The notes below the pieces were generated by a model. It was not told where the DNA came from. It searched no databases and saw only the letters and a list, made by a program, of their open reading frames with translations. From contig CBDETY010000003.1 of assembly GCA_965243025.1 (NCBI GenBank), positions 5,248,001 to 5,312,000 of the forward strand: DNA of 64,000 nt, in the 5' to 3' direction. Position numbers and translations under genes: made by a program. This document shows positions 38,768 through 48,588 of this stretch, piece by piece (positions within the stretch are counted from its first letter, which is position 1; each line of letters opens with the position of its first letter). The stretch is from Candidatus Latescibacterota bacterium. GTDB taxonomy: Bacteria > Latescibacterota > UBA2968 > UBA8231.

Positions 38768-39958
38768 CTACGGCTCGGTTCCGGTGATCCGCCGGTAGGC
38801 TTCCGGGTCGCCGGCTCCCTCGGTCGAAAACACCAGCACCTTCGAGCCGGCGTCGAGCTGCAGCTCCCTGAACAACCGCCCGTCGTTCCCCGCTTCGACC
38901 AGCAGGCCCGCGGTCACCGCCCCCGACTCTCCCGAGACGACACGCGGATCCCCGCCGCCCGGATGGGCGAGGCTGCGCATTCCCGACTCAGTGACCCGAT
39001 CCGGACAACGGACGAAAAAATCGGCGTGATCCCGCAGGATCGGCCAGGCCAACGGGTTGTTCTCGCCCGCCGCCAGGCAGGCCATGATGGTCTCGTCGTG
39101 GGCATCGGTGATGGCGCGGGAGCGGCCGTCCCCGGCCCGGACGGAGGCGAAAAACGAGGCCATGGCCAGCGGCTCGACCAGCCCCAGCAGCGGCCGCCGC
39201 GGTCCGTAGCGCTCGACGAGATACCCCTGCACGGCGCCGGCGAAAGATCCCACGCTGGCCTGGACGAACAGGTGCGTCGGCGGCTCTCCCGCCTGCTCGA
39301 GGGCTTCGGCCAACATCGTCAGGTACCCCTGCATGATCCACACCGGCACCTCCTCGTACCCCTCCCAGGCGGTGTCCTGGATCAGCACCCAGCCATGCCG
39401 TTCCGCCTCGGCGGCGACGATGCGCACGGTGTCGTCGTAGTTGCAGTCGGTGACGGTGGTCTCGGCTCCGTGCCCGCGGATGCGGTCGACCCGGACCGGG
39501 GCGGCGTGGGAGGGCAGGAAGACCGCGGCCTTCTGCCCGAGCTGCTGCGCGGCCCAGGCGACGCCGCGGCCGTGGTTGCCGTCGGTGGCCGTGGCGAAGA
39601 CGAGGTCGCCGAGCGCCGCCTTCGCCCCGGGGGAGGTCAGGTCGCCGAAGGTGACTCCGGCGACATCGCGGCCGAGCCTGCCCGCCAGGACCCCGGCGAT
39701 GGCGTACGAGCCCCCCAGCCCCTTGAAGGCGTTGAGCCCGAAACGGGTCGACTCGTCCTTGACCCATACCCCGGAGATTCCGAGCGACGCGGCCAGGGCG
39801 GGAAGGGAGTGGAGCGCCGTGGTGGAGTAGCCGGGGATCGAGCGGTGAAAGGCGGCGGCGGCTTCGGCAAACCGGGCGGCGAACCGGGACGTGTCGGCCC
39901 CGGCCCCGCCGCGGGCGGCGGACCGGTTGTCGAAGACCTCGACTGATTCGGAAGGCAT
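38768..39958 (-). CDS. dpaL: Diaminopropionate ammonia-lyase
   Basis: 'VKDES.RFGLNAFK.LGGSYA', 'ATDGNHGRGVAW', 'QDTAW.GYEE' and 'STEG'. Confidence 0.92.
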   Translation of the reverse strand: MPSESVEVFDNRSAARGGAGADTSRFAARFAEAAAAFHRSIPGYSTTALHSLPALAASLGISGVWVKDESTRFGLNAFKGLGGSYAIAGVLAGRLGRDVAGVTFGDLTSPGAKAALGDLVFATATDGNHGRGVAWAAQQLGQKAAVFLPSHAAPVRVDRIRGHGAETTVTDCNYDDTVRIVAAEAERHGWVLIQDTAWEGYEEVPVWIMQGYLTMLAEALEQAGEPPTHLFVQASVGSFAGAVQGYLVERYGPRRPLLGLVEPLAMASFFASVRAGDGRSRAITDAHDETIMACLAAGENNPLAWPILRDHADFFVRCPDRVTESGMRSLAHPGGGDPRVVSGESGAVTAGLLVEAGNDGRLFRELQLDAGSKVLVFSTEGAGDPEAYRRITGTEP

Positions 39959-40093
39959 CGGGATTCAGGGACCTCGCTGGCGGACTTTCTTCATGCTTTT
40001 TCCAATCTCCCATACATTACGACACACAGTGACAACCTGTCGTCCCGGATGGGAGGACGCGGACCGATACCGTTTTTCAGGGAGAAAAGCTCG

Positions 40094-41311
40094 ATGAGGT
40101 TTATCGTCGGAATGTGGGCGGCGCTGTCGATGGCGGCATGCGGGGGCAACGAAGTGACCGTCCGGATCGAAGGGGGAGACGGCAACAAGATACGGCTGGA
40201 CGCCAGTGAGCTTCAGCACAAGTTCAACCGGCTCGTGGACGCGGGGTCCTTTACCTTCGACGAAGTCCGGGAAGGGGAGTACGCGATCAATGCCGCAGCC
40301 ACGGGGATGATGGCGGCGCGGACGCTGAATGTCGAATCGGCGCCGTTGTTCGGAAAAAAGACGTACGAGCTGTCGATCGCCATTCCCGGAGGCCGCAACG
40401 GCCCCTACGAGCCGCAGGGCACCATCGTCTACACCTCCTCGCCGACAGCGATTCTCGACTGGAACCTTTTCACCATCCCCGCCGCAGGCGGCGAACCGAC
40501 CCAGCTGACCGACACTCCCGAGTTCGAGCACCATCCCGCCTGGTCGCCCGACGGCAGCGAGATCGCTTTTTCCCGCGGCGAAGTGATGACCAATATCGAC
40601 ATCTGGGTGATGGCAGCTGACGGCAGCGGCGAGCGGCGCCTGACCGAACACCCGGAGCGGGACCAAAGTCCGGCCTGGTCGCCCGACGGCAGCACCATCG
40701 CTTTTCTCAGCCAGCGCGACGGCGACCTGGCGATCTGGCTGATGGACAGCGAAGACGGCGGCAACAAGCGCAGGCTGGGGAAGGGAAACGAGCCGGCCTG
40801 GTCCCCCGACGGCAAACGCATCTCCTTCACTTCCGGGGACTTCCACGACAACGACGAGATCTACATCATCGACGCCGACGGCTCCAACCTCCGCCGCCTG
40901 ACCGATGACAAGCACTACGACTGGAACTCATCCTGGTCGCCGGACGGGGGCCGCCTCGCCTTCAACTCCGAGCGCTTCCAGGGCGAGGAGTTGATGGTGG
41001 CGGACGTCGAGAGCGGCGGCCAGATGCGCATCACCGTGGCCAGAAACACGTTCGAGCTGAACCCGGTCTGGTCCCCGGACGGCCGCGCCCTGGCCTACCA
41101 GGGGAAGATGCACTTCCGCGAGGACGGAGAGCTCGACGTCGACTTCAACGACCGCACCGGTAAGTGGGTGCTGCACGGCACGTACGACATCTTCGTCGTA
41201 CCTGCCGTCGGGTTCAACTGGGATTACCAGGAGGATCACCCCGTCATGCCGGTCAACCTGACGAACACGTCGGACCGCGACGAAAAAGAGCCGAGCTGGC
41301 GGCCGTTCTGA
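40094..41311 (+). CDS. Lipoprotein with TolB-like PD40 beta-propeller
   Basis: Lipobox MAAC; multiple 'PAWSPDG' repeats. Confidence 0.85.
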   Translation: MRFIVGMWAALSMAACGGNEVTVRIEGGDGNKIRLDASELQHKFNRLVDAGSFTFDEVREGEYAINAAATGMMAARTLNVESAPLFGKKTYELSIAIPGGRNGPYEPQGTIVYTSSPTAILDWNLFTIPAAGGEPTQLTDTPEFEHHPAWSPDGSEIAFSRGEVMTNIDIWVMAADGSGERRLTEHPERDQSPAWSPDGSTIAFLSQRDGDLAIWLMDSEDGGNKRRLGKGNEPAWSPDGKRISFTSGDFHDNDEIYIIDADGSNLRRLTDDKHYDWNSSWSPDGGRLAFNSERFQGEELMVADVESGGQMRITVARNTFELNPVWSPDGRALAYQGKMHFREDGELDVDFNDRTGKWVLHGTYDIFVVPAVGFNWDYQEDHPVMPVNLTNTSDRDEKEPSWRPF

Positions 41312-41602
41312 GCGCAACAGTCCGAAGCCGGGGGGTCTGATGCCCGGCTGGGGACGCGGGGTAGTCGATTTCAAAGCGACATTTGTGGCCGGCCATAAAC
41401 GACTAAATTGTAAATAAGACATAATTGTAGTAATTGCGGAATGTGGAAGCCTGGGCAGCTGCAGCAAGAGCTGCTGAACGGCCATCCCTCCCAAGGGGAC
41501 CCGCCCATTTCCGAGGACGCATAAGACCGCCGGGCCCTCCCTCAAGGGACTCCTGTCTTCCCGGGGGCTCTCGCAGTAAACCGTTGCTTGCGGCTGACAG
41601 CG

Positions 41603-42745
41603 CTAGCGGGGGCTCCGTCGGCGGTAGATCGCCCCCGACTTCACAACCGTGACCGGCTCGAGCACGCGGCTTGCGGTGCGGGAGTGGCCGTGGGCGTCGT
41701 CGAGCCGGAACTCCCCTTCGCGCAGCTCGAAAAGCACGGCGTCCCCCCAGGCCCCGCTTCGCAGCGTGCCGATCTCCCCCTCCATGCCGACGACCCCGGC
41801 TGGCACCGAGGTGACCTTGGCGATGCAGTCGTCGAGAGACAGCCCGAGGTGGAGGAACTTGTTGACGACGTTGGCCAAGTCGAAGACGGGGCCGTCGAGG
41901 TTGTAGACGTGCAGGTCGGAGGAGATCGAGGTCGGCTGCACCCCCTGCTCCAGGGCGGTCTCGACCACGCCCCAGGAGAAGGAGCCGGCCCCGTGGCCGA
42001 CGTCGAAAACCACCCCGCGGTCGAGGGCCTCGCGGACGGAGGCGCGGATCTTGCCGTCCTCGAGGATGCCGCAGGCCATGCCGTGGAAGCAGTGGGTGAG
42101 GATGTCCCCCTTCCCCATGTGGGCGAGGATGTCGTCGAGGGAGTCGCACCAGGCGGCCTGGGGGTGAACCATGATCGGCAGGCCGGCGGCGTCGGCCGCC
42201 TCGCGGGCGCGGTGCAGCGGCGTCATGCCCGAGCGCTCGCTGACGATGGTGTGCTTGGTGAGCCGCACCTTGACCCCGAGGATGACGTCGCGGTGGCGCT
42301 CGATCATGGCGCAGGTCTTGGCGACGTCGGCGTACTCGGGGATCTCGAACTCGCCGATCTCCTGGGTCAGCATCCCCTGGGTGGAGACGTTGATCTGGGC
42401 GAGGATGCGGGTGTCGCTGACGTCGATGACGAACTTGCGGAAACCGGGAAAGGTGTCGGCCCCGGCCGAGCCGGCGTCGACCACGGTGGTGGCGCCGCGC
42501 GCCAAGCAGGTCGAGTCCGGCTCGATGCCGTAGTGGCTGACCCCGGGAAAGACGTGGACGTGCAGGTCGATAAGGCCCGGGGTCAGGACGAGGCCGGCGG
42601 CGTCGACGACCTCGCGCGCCTCCCCCGCCGGCAGGTCGTCGGCCACCTCGACCACCCTGCCGCCGGCGAAGGCGACGTCCTTGCGGCCGTGGATTCCCCC
42701 GGCGGGATCGACGAGGGTGCCCCCTTTTATCAGCAGGTCGTTCAT
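41603..42745 (-). CDS. Amidohydrolase/deacetylase family metallohydrolase (dihydroorotase-like)
   Basis: 'PGLIDLHVH', 'TTVVDAGSAG', 'THCFHG', 'DVGHGAGSFS' and 'ISSDLH'. Confidence 0.9.
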   Translation of the reverse strand: MNDLLIKGGTLVDPAGGIHGRKDVAFAGGRVVEVADDLPAGEAREVVDAAGLVLTPGLIDLHVHVFPGVSHYGIEPDSTCLARGATTVVDAGSAGADTFPGFRKFVIDVSDTRILAQINVSTQGMLTQEIGEFEIPEYADVAKTCAMIERHRDVILGVKVRLTKHTIVSERSGMTPLHRAREAADAAGLPIMVHPQAAWCDSLDDILAHMGKGDILTHCFHGMACGILEDGKIRASVREALDRGVVFDVGHGAGSFSWGVVETALEQGVQPTSISSDLHVYNLDGPVFDLANVVNKFLHLGLSLDDCIAKVTSVPAGVVGMEGEIGTLRSGAWGDAVLFELREGEFRLDDAHGHSRTASRVLEPVTVVKSGAIYRRRSPR

Positions 42746-42752
42746 CTCCGCA

Positions 42753-43874
42753 TCACCTCGTGGAAAAGCGGTACTCGGTCACCTGCCGGTAGGTCTCGCC
42801 TGGGCGCAGGATGACGCTGGGGAACTGCGGCTTGTTGACCGAGTCGGGGAAGTGCTGCGTCTCGAGGCAGAGCCCCTGGAAGCGCTGGTAGGTCACGCCC
42901 CCCTTCCCCGTGATCGGTTCCAGGTAGTAGCTGGTGTAGAGCTGCACCCCCGGCTCGGTGGTGAACAGCTGCATCACCCGGCCGCTTTCCGGGTCGAACG
43001 CCTCGGCGGAGAGCGCCGCCTCTTCGCCGCCGCCGTGATCGAGGACGTAGTTGTGGTCGTAGTGGACCAGGATCTTGTCGAGGCCGGCGCCGATCCGCTT
43101 GGGGCGGGTGAAGTCGAGGGGGGTGCCGGCGACCGGGACGATCTCCCCGGTCGGGATCCCTTCCTTCCCCCGCTCCGTCGCCATGGCCGCGTGGATGACC
43201 AGCTCGTGGCCGAAGATGTCCCCCGCGTCCCCCCCGGACAGGTTGAAGTAGCTGTGGTTGGTGAGGTTGACGGGGGTCGCCTTGTCGGTAGTCGCCTCGT
43301 ACTCGATGCGCATGCCGTCCGCCCCGGTGAGCACGTAGGTAACCGCTATCGACAGGTTGCCCGGGTACCCCTCCTCGCCGTCCGGGCTGAGATAGGTAAA
43401 GCGGACCGCCGGGCCGTCGGCGTGTTCGACCACCTCCCCGCTCCACAGCCTCTGGTGCAGGCCGACCTCCCCGCCGTGCAGGTGGTGCTCGCCGAAGTTG
43501 CGGGCCAGCTGGTAGGTCACCCCGTCGAGCACGAACTGCGCCCCGCTGATGCGATTGGCGACGCGGCCGGTGGTGCAGCCCATGTAGGGGGGGTTGGCCT
43601 CGTACTCGGCAGCCGTGTCGAACCCGAGCAGGACGTCGGCGAAGGCGCCGTCGCGGTCGCGGACGTGCAGCTCGGTCGCCGTCGCCCCGAGGGCTATGGT
43701 CCTGAGGATGGTGCCGTTGCCGTTGGTCAGGGTGAAGCGGTCGACGGCGCGGCCGTCGCTCATCGTTCCCAGGGTATCGCGGGTAACCGGGCTCACGTCT
43801 GATTCTCCGAAGGTGGGGTGGGGAACGCCGGCGCACAGAACCGCCAGAAGGGCGCCGGCCTGTCTCCAGTGCAT
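42753..43874 (-). CDS. galM: Aldose 1-epimerase (galactose mutarotase)
   Basis: 'GRVANRI', 'HLHGG', 'EEGYPGNL', 'NLTNHSYFNL' and 'CLETQHFPDS'. Confidence 0.95.
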   Translation of the reverse strand: MHWRQAGALLAVLCAGVPHPTFGESDVSPVTRDTLGTMSDGRAVDRFTLTNGNGTILRTIALGATATELHVRDRDGAFADVLLGFDTAAEYEANPPYMGCTTGRVANRISGAQFVLDGVTYQLARNFGEHHLHGGEVGLHQRLWSGEVVEHADGPAVRFTYLSPDGEEGYPGNLSIAVTYVLTGADGMRIEYEATTDKATPVNLTNHSYFNLSGGDAGDIFGHELVIHAAMATERGKEGIPTGEIVPVAGTPLDFTRPKRIGAGLDKILVHYDHNYVLDHGGGEEAALSAEAFDPESGRVMQLFTTEPGVQLYTSYYLEPITGKGGVTYQRFQGLCLETQHFPDSVNKPQFPSVILRPGETYRQVTEYRFSTR

Positions 43875-43980
43875 GCGATTTCTCCCGTCGGGTTGGGGAG
43901 GCAACAGGTTATTGCAACTCGGGATCGGGCAGTGAAACTGGAGGTTCAGATTTACAGGGTCGCCTCGAAGGGCGATTCCG

Positions 43981-45315
43981 TCAGGCCGTTGCTCGAATCT
44001 CCGGGTCTCCCGCCTCTGCCCGGTCCAGGAAATGGTGGTTGACGAGCACCGAGGTTACGGCCAGGGGGGATACGCCGAATCGCTCTGCGGCTTCCTCCCT
44101 TGCATCCTCCGAGAAATCCTCCTCCAGGAAACCGACCAAGCTCTCGACGGGACACAGAAGCTCCGCGGCGAATGCGCGCTGCATTTTCTGCCGGTAAGTA
44201 TAGGCGCCGGTCGCTGGACGGAGGCGGTCCTGCGTAGGGACCACCAAGCTGTCGGCGAGCAGGCGCGCTACCTCAAAGCGCCTTCCGGTTTTCCATTTCG
44301 AGCGCAGGACGGCGCGGCTTCCTCGATCTCCCTCATGAAGTGCGAAAGCCATTTCACCGTTGGCGCTGCCATCGGCTAATGCTTTTTTCTCAACGCCGTA
44401 CAACTCGGCAAGTCGATGGTCCGATACCGGATCGTCTCCCAGCCCCTCTCTTCGTCGCAAGGTGTTTGCCGCACCGGCACCGATCTGCCAGGGGGCCCAG
44501 TCTCTAAAACCGTTCCAGGAATCTGTCTGCGTCTCCGGCCTGTCCTTGGGAGCGATGTCGAAGCCCGAACGTCCTCGTGCTGTCTCCTGGAAAGTTTCCG
44601 CAGTCAGAAACCGGTCCGCGACCACTTCGGTCATAGCTGCACTTCCCAGCGTGTCGCCGTCGGCAATGACCTGCTCGACCTGCCCCGGGTCGGCTTCGTC
44701 CACATCGAAGCCAAGGCAGGCCTCGATCTTCCGGTACATGGTTGATTCCGGGTCGTTTCGCTCGGCAGTCAACTCCTCCCATGCCGTGCAAAGGTCGTTG
44801 CCGAGGACAGACCATTCACCGAGCCGCTCGAGAACGCGTCCTACCAGGTCATCCACCCCGGCCTCGAATGTATCGACCGGTATCACACTGGTCTGATCGG
44901 CAATGTAGCGCAGCAGCTCCGTGGGTGTCTCCCGGGACGGCCGGGAATCTAGCACGACCCGTAAGCCATCGGACTTGATCGTGACATTCGGCCACAGCCA
45001 TCCTCCACCAATGCCGGCCAGTTCATGGGCTTGGCGCCAACCCGTGCTCCTGTCCCGTTGGAGATTCTGATGCGCAGGCTCCCAGCGAAGACGCCACCAG
45101 TTCCAGGTCAACCATTCCGCCAATCGATAGGCAGAGAGATTGGCCCCGTTCTGCACCTGCCGTGTTTCGAGATTAACCACTTGGGTAAAAGCGGTTTTAT
45201 CGATCTCGATGAATACCTCGGCAAGGGTCGCCTCGTCTTCAACCGGGTCAGGCATCATGGTGATGTCCGAACCCGGTTCACGACACCATTCGGCTGCGAT
45301 ACGGAAGGTCGTCAT
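43981..45315 (-). CDS. Protein with a C-terminal ImmA/IrrE (DUF955)-like domain lacking HExxH
   Basis: 'GRRFEVARLLAD' replaces RFxxAHELGH; 'RAFAAELLCP...AAERFGVS' present. The start overlaps the upstream stop (ATGA). Confidence 0.65.
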   Translation of the reverse strand: MTTFRIAAEWCREPGSDITMMPDPVEDEATLAEVFIEIDKTAFTQVVNLETRQVQNGANLSAYRLAEWLTWNWWRLRWEPAHQNLQRDRSTGWRQAHELAGIGGGWLWPNVTIKSDGLRVVLDSRPSRETPTELLRYIADQTSVIPVDTFEAGVDDLVGRVLERLGEWSVLGNDLCTAWEELTAERNDPESTMYRKIEACLGFDVDEADPGQVEQVIADGDTLGSAAMTEVVADRFLTAETFQETARGRSGFDIAPKDRPETQTDSWNGFRDWAPWQIGAGAANTLRRREGLGDDPVSDHRLAELYGVEKKALADGSANGEMAFALHEGDRGSRAVLRSKWKTGRRFEVARLLADSLVVPTQDRLRPATGAYTYRQKMQRAFAAELLCPVESLVGFLEEDFSEDAREEAAERFGVSPLAVTSVLVNHHFLDRAEAGDPEIRATA

Positions 45316-45916
45316 GTCCGGCGGTTTTCCCATTCATCACCGATAAAATCGGCGAAGCTGTCGCCCCTTTTCATCGGGTACCCGTGATACTGCCCGCGTT
45401 CTTTGTTGCTGAGTTGGGCTTCGTAGACAACGCCGTCGCCATCGACGGCCCAGACGTTTTGCGGCCAATTGTTCCGCCTTTTCTCACTTACCATTCCTCG
45501 CTGGAACCCGGACTTCAGCAGATCAGTTGCATTCAGGCAATCAGCCGAGCCCGGCGCGTCGCAGATCGTTTTGCCTGGAATAGGTTTCGGAGCCTCCTGC
45601 AAGCCTGAGGAACCCGGACGAGACTTGTGATACTGGCTAGTGCCCCGTCGCAGAAATATGTCGACATTGGGACGCCGATCCATCCCGGCTCACGGCGTTG
45701 CCTTCGCTCGCCGTACACCCTCGGTACGACTCGCTCAGGCGCCTTGTGAGCCGGGCGCCTCGGCATCCCAATTTTGTCAATCTATCTCTGCGACGGGACA
45801 CTAGGGCAGTAGATGCAATTAGTTTCCATCAGTTCTAACTCGTCGGGGCTGATCGAACCGGCTGCCGCCAGCACGGCTTTCGGCTTCTGTTTGCTGCGCT
45901 TTTGGGGTCTTCTCAC
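45312..45916 (-). pseudogene. Small hypothetical (putative toxin-like) gene interrupted by a MITE
   Basis: Removing 45641-45804 fuses ...ELMETNCIYCPS with QYHKSRPG...VWAVDGDGVVYEAQL...YHGYP in frame. The start position is uncertain. Confidence 0.75.
45641..45800. mobile_element. 160-bp non-autonomous MITE
   Basis: TIRs TGCCCCGTCGCAGAAATA and TATCTCTGCGACGGGACA match at 16/18. CTAG duplication at 45637-45640 and 45801-45804. Nested internal inverted repeats. Confidence 0.88.
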
Positions 45917-46018
45917 CCGCAGGTCCCTTCGCTTCCAGTCGCGACAGATGTTAAATATAGCGACAACCAACGCCTATTCTGACGGTTAAACTGCTGAATT
46001 TGCTACTTTGGCCTTGCT

Positions 46019-46801
46019 TCACTCCCTCGGCAACGCCCGCAGCAATCCCCGCTCGATCAGCCCCCGGAAATGCATCGTCACGCTCGCCGCCAGGGCGCGG
46101 TCCCGCACCACCAGCCCCATCTCGATGTTCCGGTCCAACGCCGCCTCGGTCAGGTTCGCCGAGGTGATGAACACCGACTCTTCATCCGCCACCACCGCCT
46201 TGGCATGCAGCACACCCGCAGGGCCGTCCGGCTCGAGTGACCTGGGATCGTAGAACACCTCCGGGCGCCGCTCTCCCGGCCAGTCCTCGGACCAGAAGCG
46301 GTCGGCGAACCGCCTCACCAGATGTTCCTGCTCCGTGGTATCCCTGTCGCCGCGCTGGACGTTGAGCAGCAGTTTCACCTGCAAGGTCTCCACTTCGTCC
46401 ATTCGCTTCGCCAGCACCTCGAAGGCCCGCTGTCCATCGAAGTAGGCGTACGTCGACGCCCAGACCGACTTCACCGCTTGGCCCAGCATTTCCTCGTACA
46501 CCCGCCGCGTGTCCCTGGCGTGCAGCCCCGGCACTTCCGGGCCCGACCAGACCAGATCCGGTGCAGGCACCCGGGCTACCCCCTCTTCGACCGCTCGGAT
46601 CCAGGCACCTGCCGCCTTCCCGTCAATACCATTGGCGCTCAATTCTTCCACTAATGCGATCACCTCCCCGGCCCCCTCGCGCAGGTTGAGCACCGAATTG
46701 ACTGCGGCAGCTGTGCAGGGAAGCGGCAGCATGCCCGACTCCAGTGCGCTAGCCAGGCCGCGGCGCACGTGGGCGGGAAGTCGAAACAGGGATTCGGTCA
46801 C
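46019..46801 (-). CDS. drmC: DISARM phospholipase D-family nuclease
   Basis: 'LHAKAVVAD...ITSANLTEAA...NIEMG' HKD motif; GTGA overlap with drmB. Confidence 0.88.
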   Translation of the reverse strand: MTESLFRLPAHVRRGLASALESGMLPLPCTAAAVNSVLNLREGAGEVIALVEELSANGIDGKAAGAWIRAVEEGVARVPAPDLVWSGPEVPGLHARDTRRVYEEMLGQAVKSVWASTYAYFDGQRAFEVLAKRMDEVETLQVKLLLNVQRGDRDTTEQEHLVRRFADRFWSEDWPGERRPEVFYDPRSLEPDGPAGVLHAKAVVADEESVFITSANLTEAALDRNIEMGLVVRDRALAASVTMHFRGLIERGLLRALPRE

Positions 46802-48588
46802 CCGGGCGGCTCGAAGAAAGCCGCGCCCGTCACTCCCATGACCGGCACGACGAGGGCGCGGTCCAGGTAGTCGTTCCGCATCTCGCAGGAGGTCTCCGCC
46901 ACGAGAGCGCATCCATGGCAGGCGGCACCGTGAAGCAATCTCCCTTCGATGCTTTCACCCGGCTGGTGGTGTGCGCAGATCGGGTCGTTCGAGCACAGCT
47001 CGCTCATGAGAAGCGCCTGGAACAGGTGGTCCTCGATGTGCCGGCCCTGCTGGACCAGACCGCCGAGAGTCCCTTCCGCGTCCGGGCTTGCGGTGTAGAG
47101 GAGCAGGCCGTAGTCCTCGCCCGAACCGCCGACGTAAATCCGTTCGCGGATCGAGCTCGCGGGATATCCGCAGCGCATTGCCAGCGACTGGATCATCAGA
47201 TGGGAGAGCGAATGCAAAAGCAGGTACGGACCTCCCGGGAAGGGCCTTTCCAACTCCCGCTTCTCCATCCAGCGCCGGTGTCCGCGTTTCAACTGATCCA
47301 ACCGTTCCTGGACGGTATCTCTCGCGAGCCATGCCCGCACCGCTTCAGGACGAAGCTGCAGGAAGATCCCTTCCCCGCGGTTTTCCGTAGCTGGAAACCA
47401 CTCCGGCTCCACGGCCAGCTGTGCGAGCTCAACGTCGGTGTCGTACTCGCCGTTGATGTCCGGCATCACCGCCTCGAACCGGGAGAAAGCTGTCAGCGCC
47501 CGCACTTCCCGCAGCCGGTGCAGTTGGATCACGGCGGCGATTCCAGAGGAGAATTCCGAACTTCGCCAAAGCGGCTCCGGAAGCCGCCGGGCGTGAAAGT
47601 CCGGATCGACCGGCACGTCGTCGCCGTGTCCCTCGGGCGCGGCGAGGATGGCCTCCAGCTCGACCTGTTTCACGGGACGGTCTTCGCTGCTTCCGGTCTT
47701 GATTTCCCTGATGGCCTGGAGGACTTCCTGGTCGTCGAAACCTGCGAGGATCTCGGCGACCTTCGGCTTCCTCTTCACGAACGCCAGCTCTCCGGCTTCC
47801 TCGACTATCGACAGGTCGTCCCAGAGTTCCCGCACCGCCTGCCCGACGTCGCTTCCCCGGTCCGGAAGGGAGAGCACGCTGACCACCTGCGGGAAGTAGG
47901 CGTTGGAGGCCGTCCGGATCAGGAGCCGGCTCGGCTGACCGCAGGCCTCGTTGGCATTGCGTCCCAGCCAGGGTCTGGCCCCCTGGCAGGTACCGAGGGG
48001 ATTCATCTCCAGCTGCGTTGCCTCCGACAAGCTCCTGCGCTTCCCGCATCCACACCGGACGACCAGGTCCCCAAGGTCTCCCCCGGTACTGCGCTCATCC
48101 AGCCACAACTGCCTCTTGCAGGGGAGGCTCCCTTTATGCACGAAGTACCACCAGTCCAGGTCGTCCACATGTCCGTTCGGGCATGCCCGGACAAATCGGG
48201 TGGCGACCACCTCGTGGCCGTCGAACCGCCCCCTCTGATCCAACCCCTTTCGATGCACCAGCCGGCGTGATTGCTCCCGGTTGTCGCCATCTCCCCCTTC
48301 CTGCACAACGAACCACTCGGGAAAGCGCCAGACCCCGATTCCCCTGACGGGCTGGCTCGGATCGGTCGACTCCGGCGGCGGCGCGTACAGCCTCGGGGCC
48401 GCCACACCGGTCATGTTCCGGACTTTCCGCTCCAGTCTCGGCTCCAGGATTTCTTCGAGGTCGCCGGTCCTCGGCCAGCTATCCAAACCGCCGACAATCG
48501 CGGAGTCCTGGGGCAGATCGATCAGCGCCCCGGGCCCGAAGCTTGTGATAACTTGGCTGCTGCGGATCTGTCCGTGCGCCTGGTTCAT
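46798..48588 (-). CDS. drmB: DISARM DUF1998 helicase-associated protein
   Basis: 'GQIRSSQVITSFGPGALIDLP', 'LLHSLSH', 'GTLGGLV' and 'CSNDPIC...ACHGC'. Confidence 0.9.
   Translation of the reverse strand: MNQAHGQIRSSQVITSFGPGALIDLPQDSAIVGGLDSWPRTGDLEEILEPRLERKVRNMTGVAAPRLYAPPPESTDPSQPVRGIGVWRFPEWFVVQEGGDGDNREQSRRLVHRKGLDQRGRFDGHEVVATRFVRACPNGHVDDLDWWYFVHKGSLPCKRQLWLDERSTGGDLGDLVVRCGCGKRRSLSEATQLEMNPLGTCQGARPWLGRNANEACGQPSRLLIRTASNAYFPQVVSVLSLPDRGSDVGQAVRELWDDLSIVEEAGELAFVKRKPKVAEILAGFDDQEVLQAIREIKTGSSEDRPVKQVELEAILAAPEGHGDDVPVDPDFHARRLPEPLWRSSEFSSGIAAVIQLHRLREVRALTAFSRFEAVMPDINGEYDTDVELAQLAVEPEWFPATENRGEGIFLQLRPEAVRAWLARDTVQERLDQLKRGHRRWMEKRELERPFPGGPYLLLHSLSHLMIQSLAMRCGYPASSIRERIYVGGSGEDYGLLLYTASPDAEGTLGGLVQQGRHIEDHLFQALLMSELCSNDPICAHHQPGESIEGRLLHGAACHGCALVAETSCEMRNDYLDRALVVPVMGVTGAAFFEPPG

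Noticed and set aside
43900-43985. tRNA or att site at the left edge of the defence island
   Set aside because: No tRNA-like sequence, integrase or recognisable direct repeat was seen in this window.
45533-45970. ORFs 45533..45766 and 45782..45970 as independent genes
   Set aside because: They are explained as MITE-derived sequence and as the 5' fragment of the interrupted gene.
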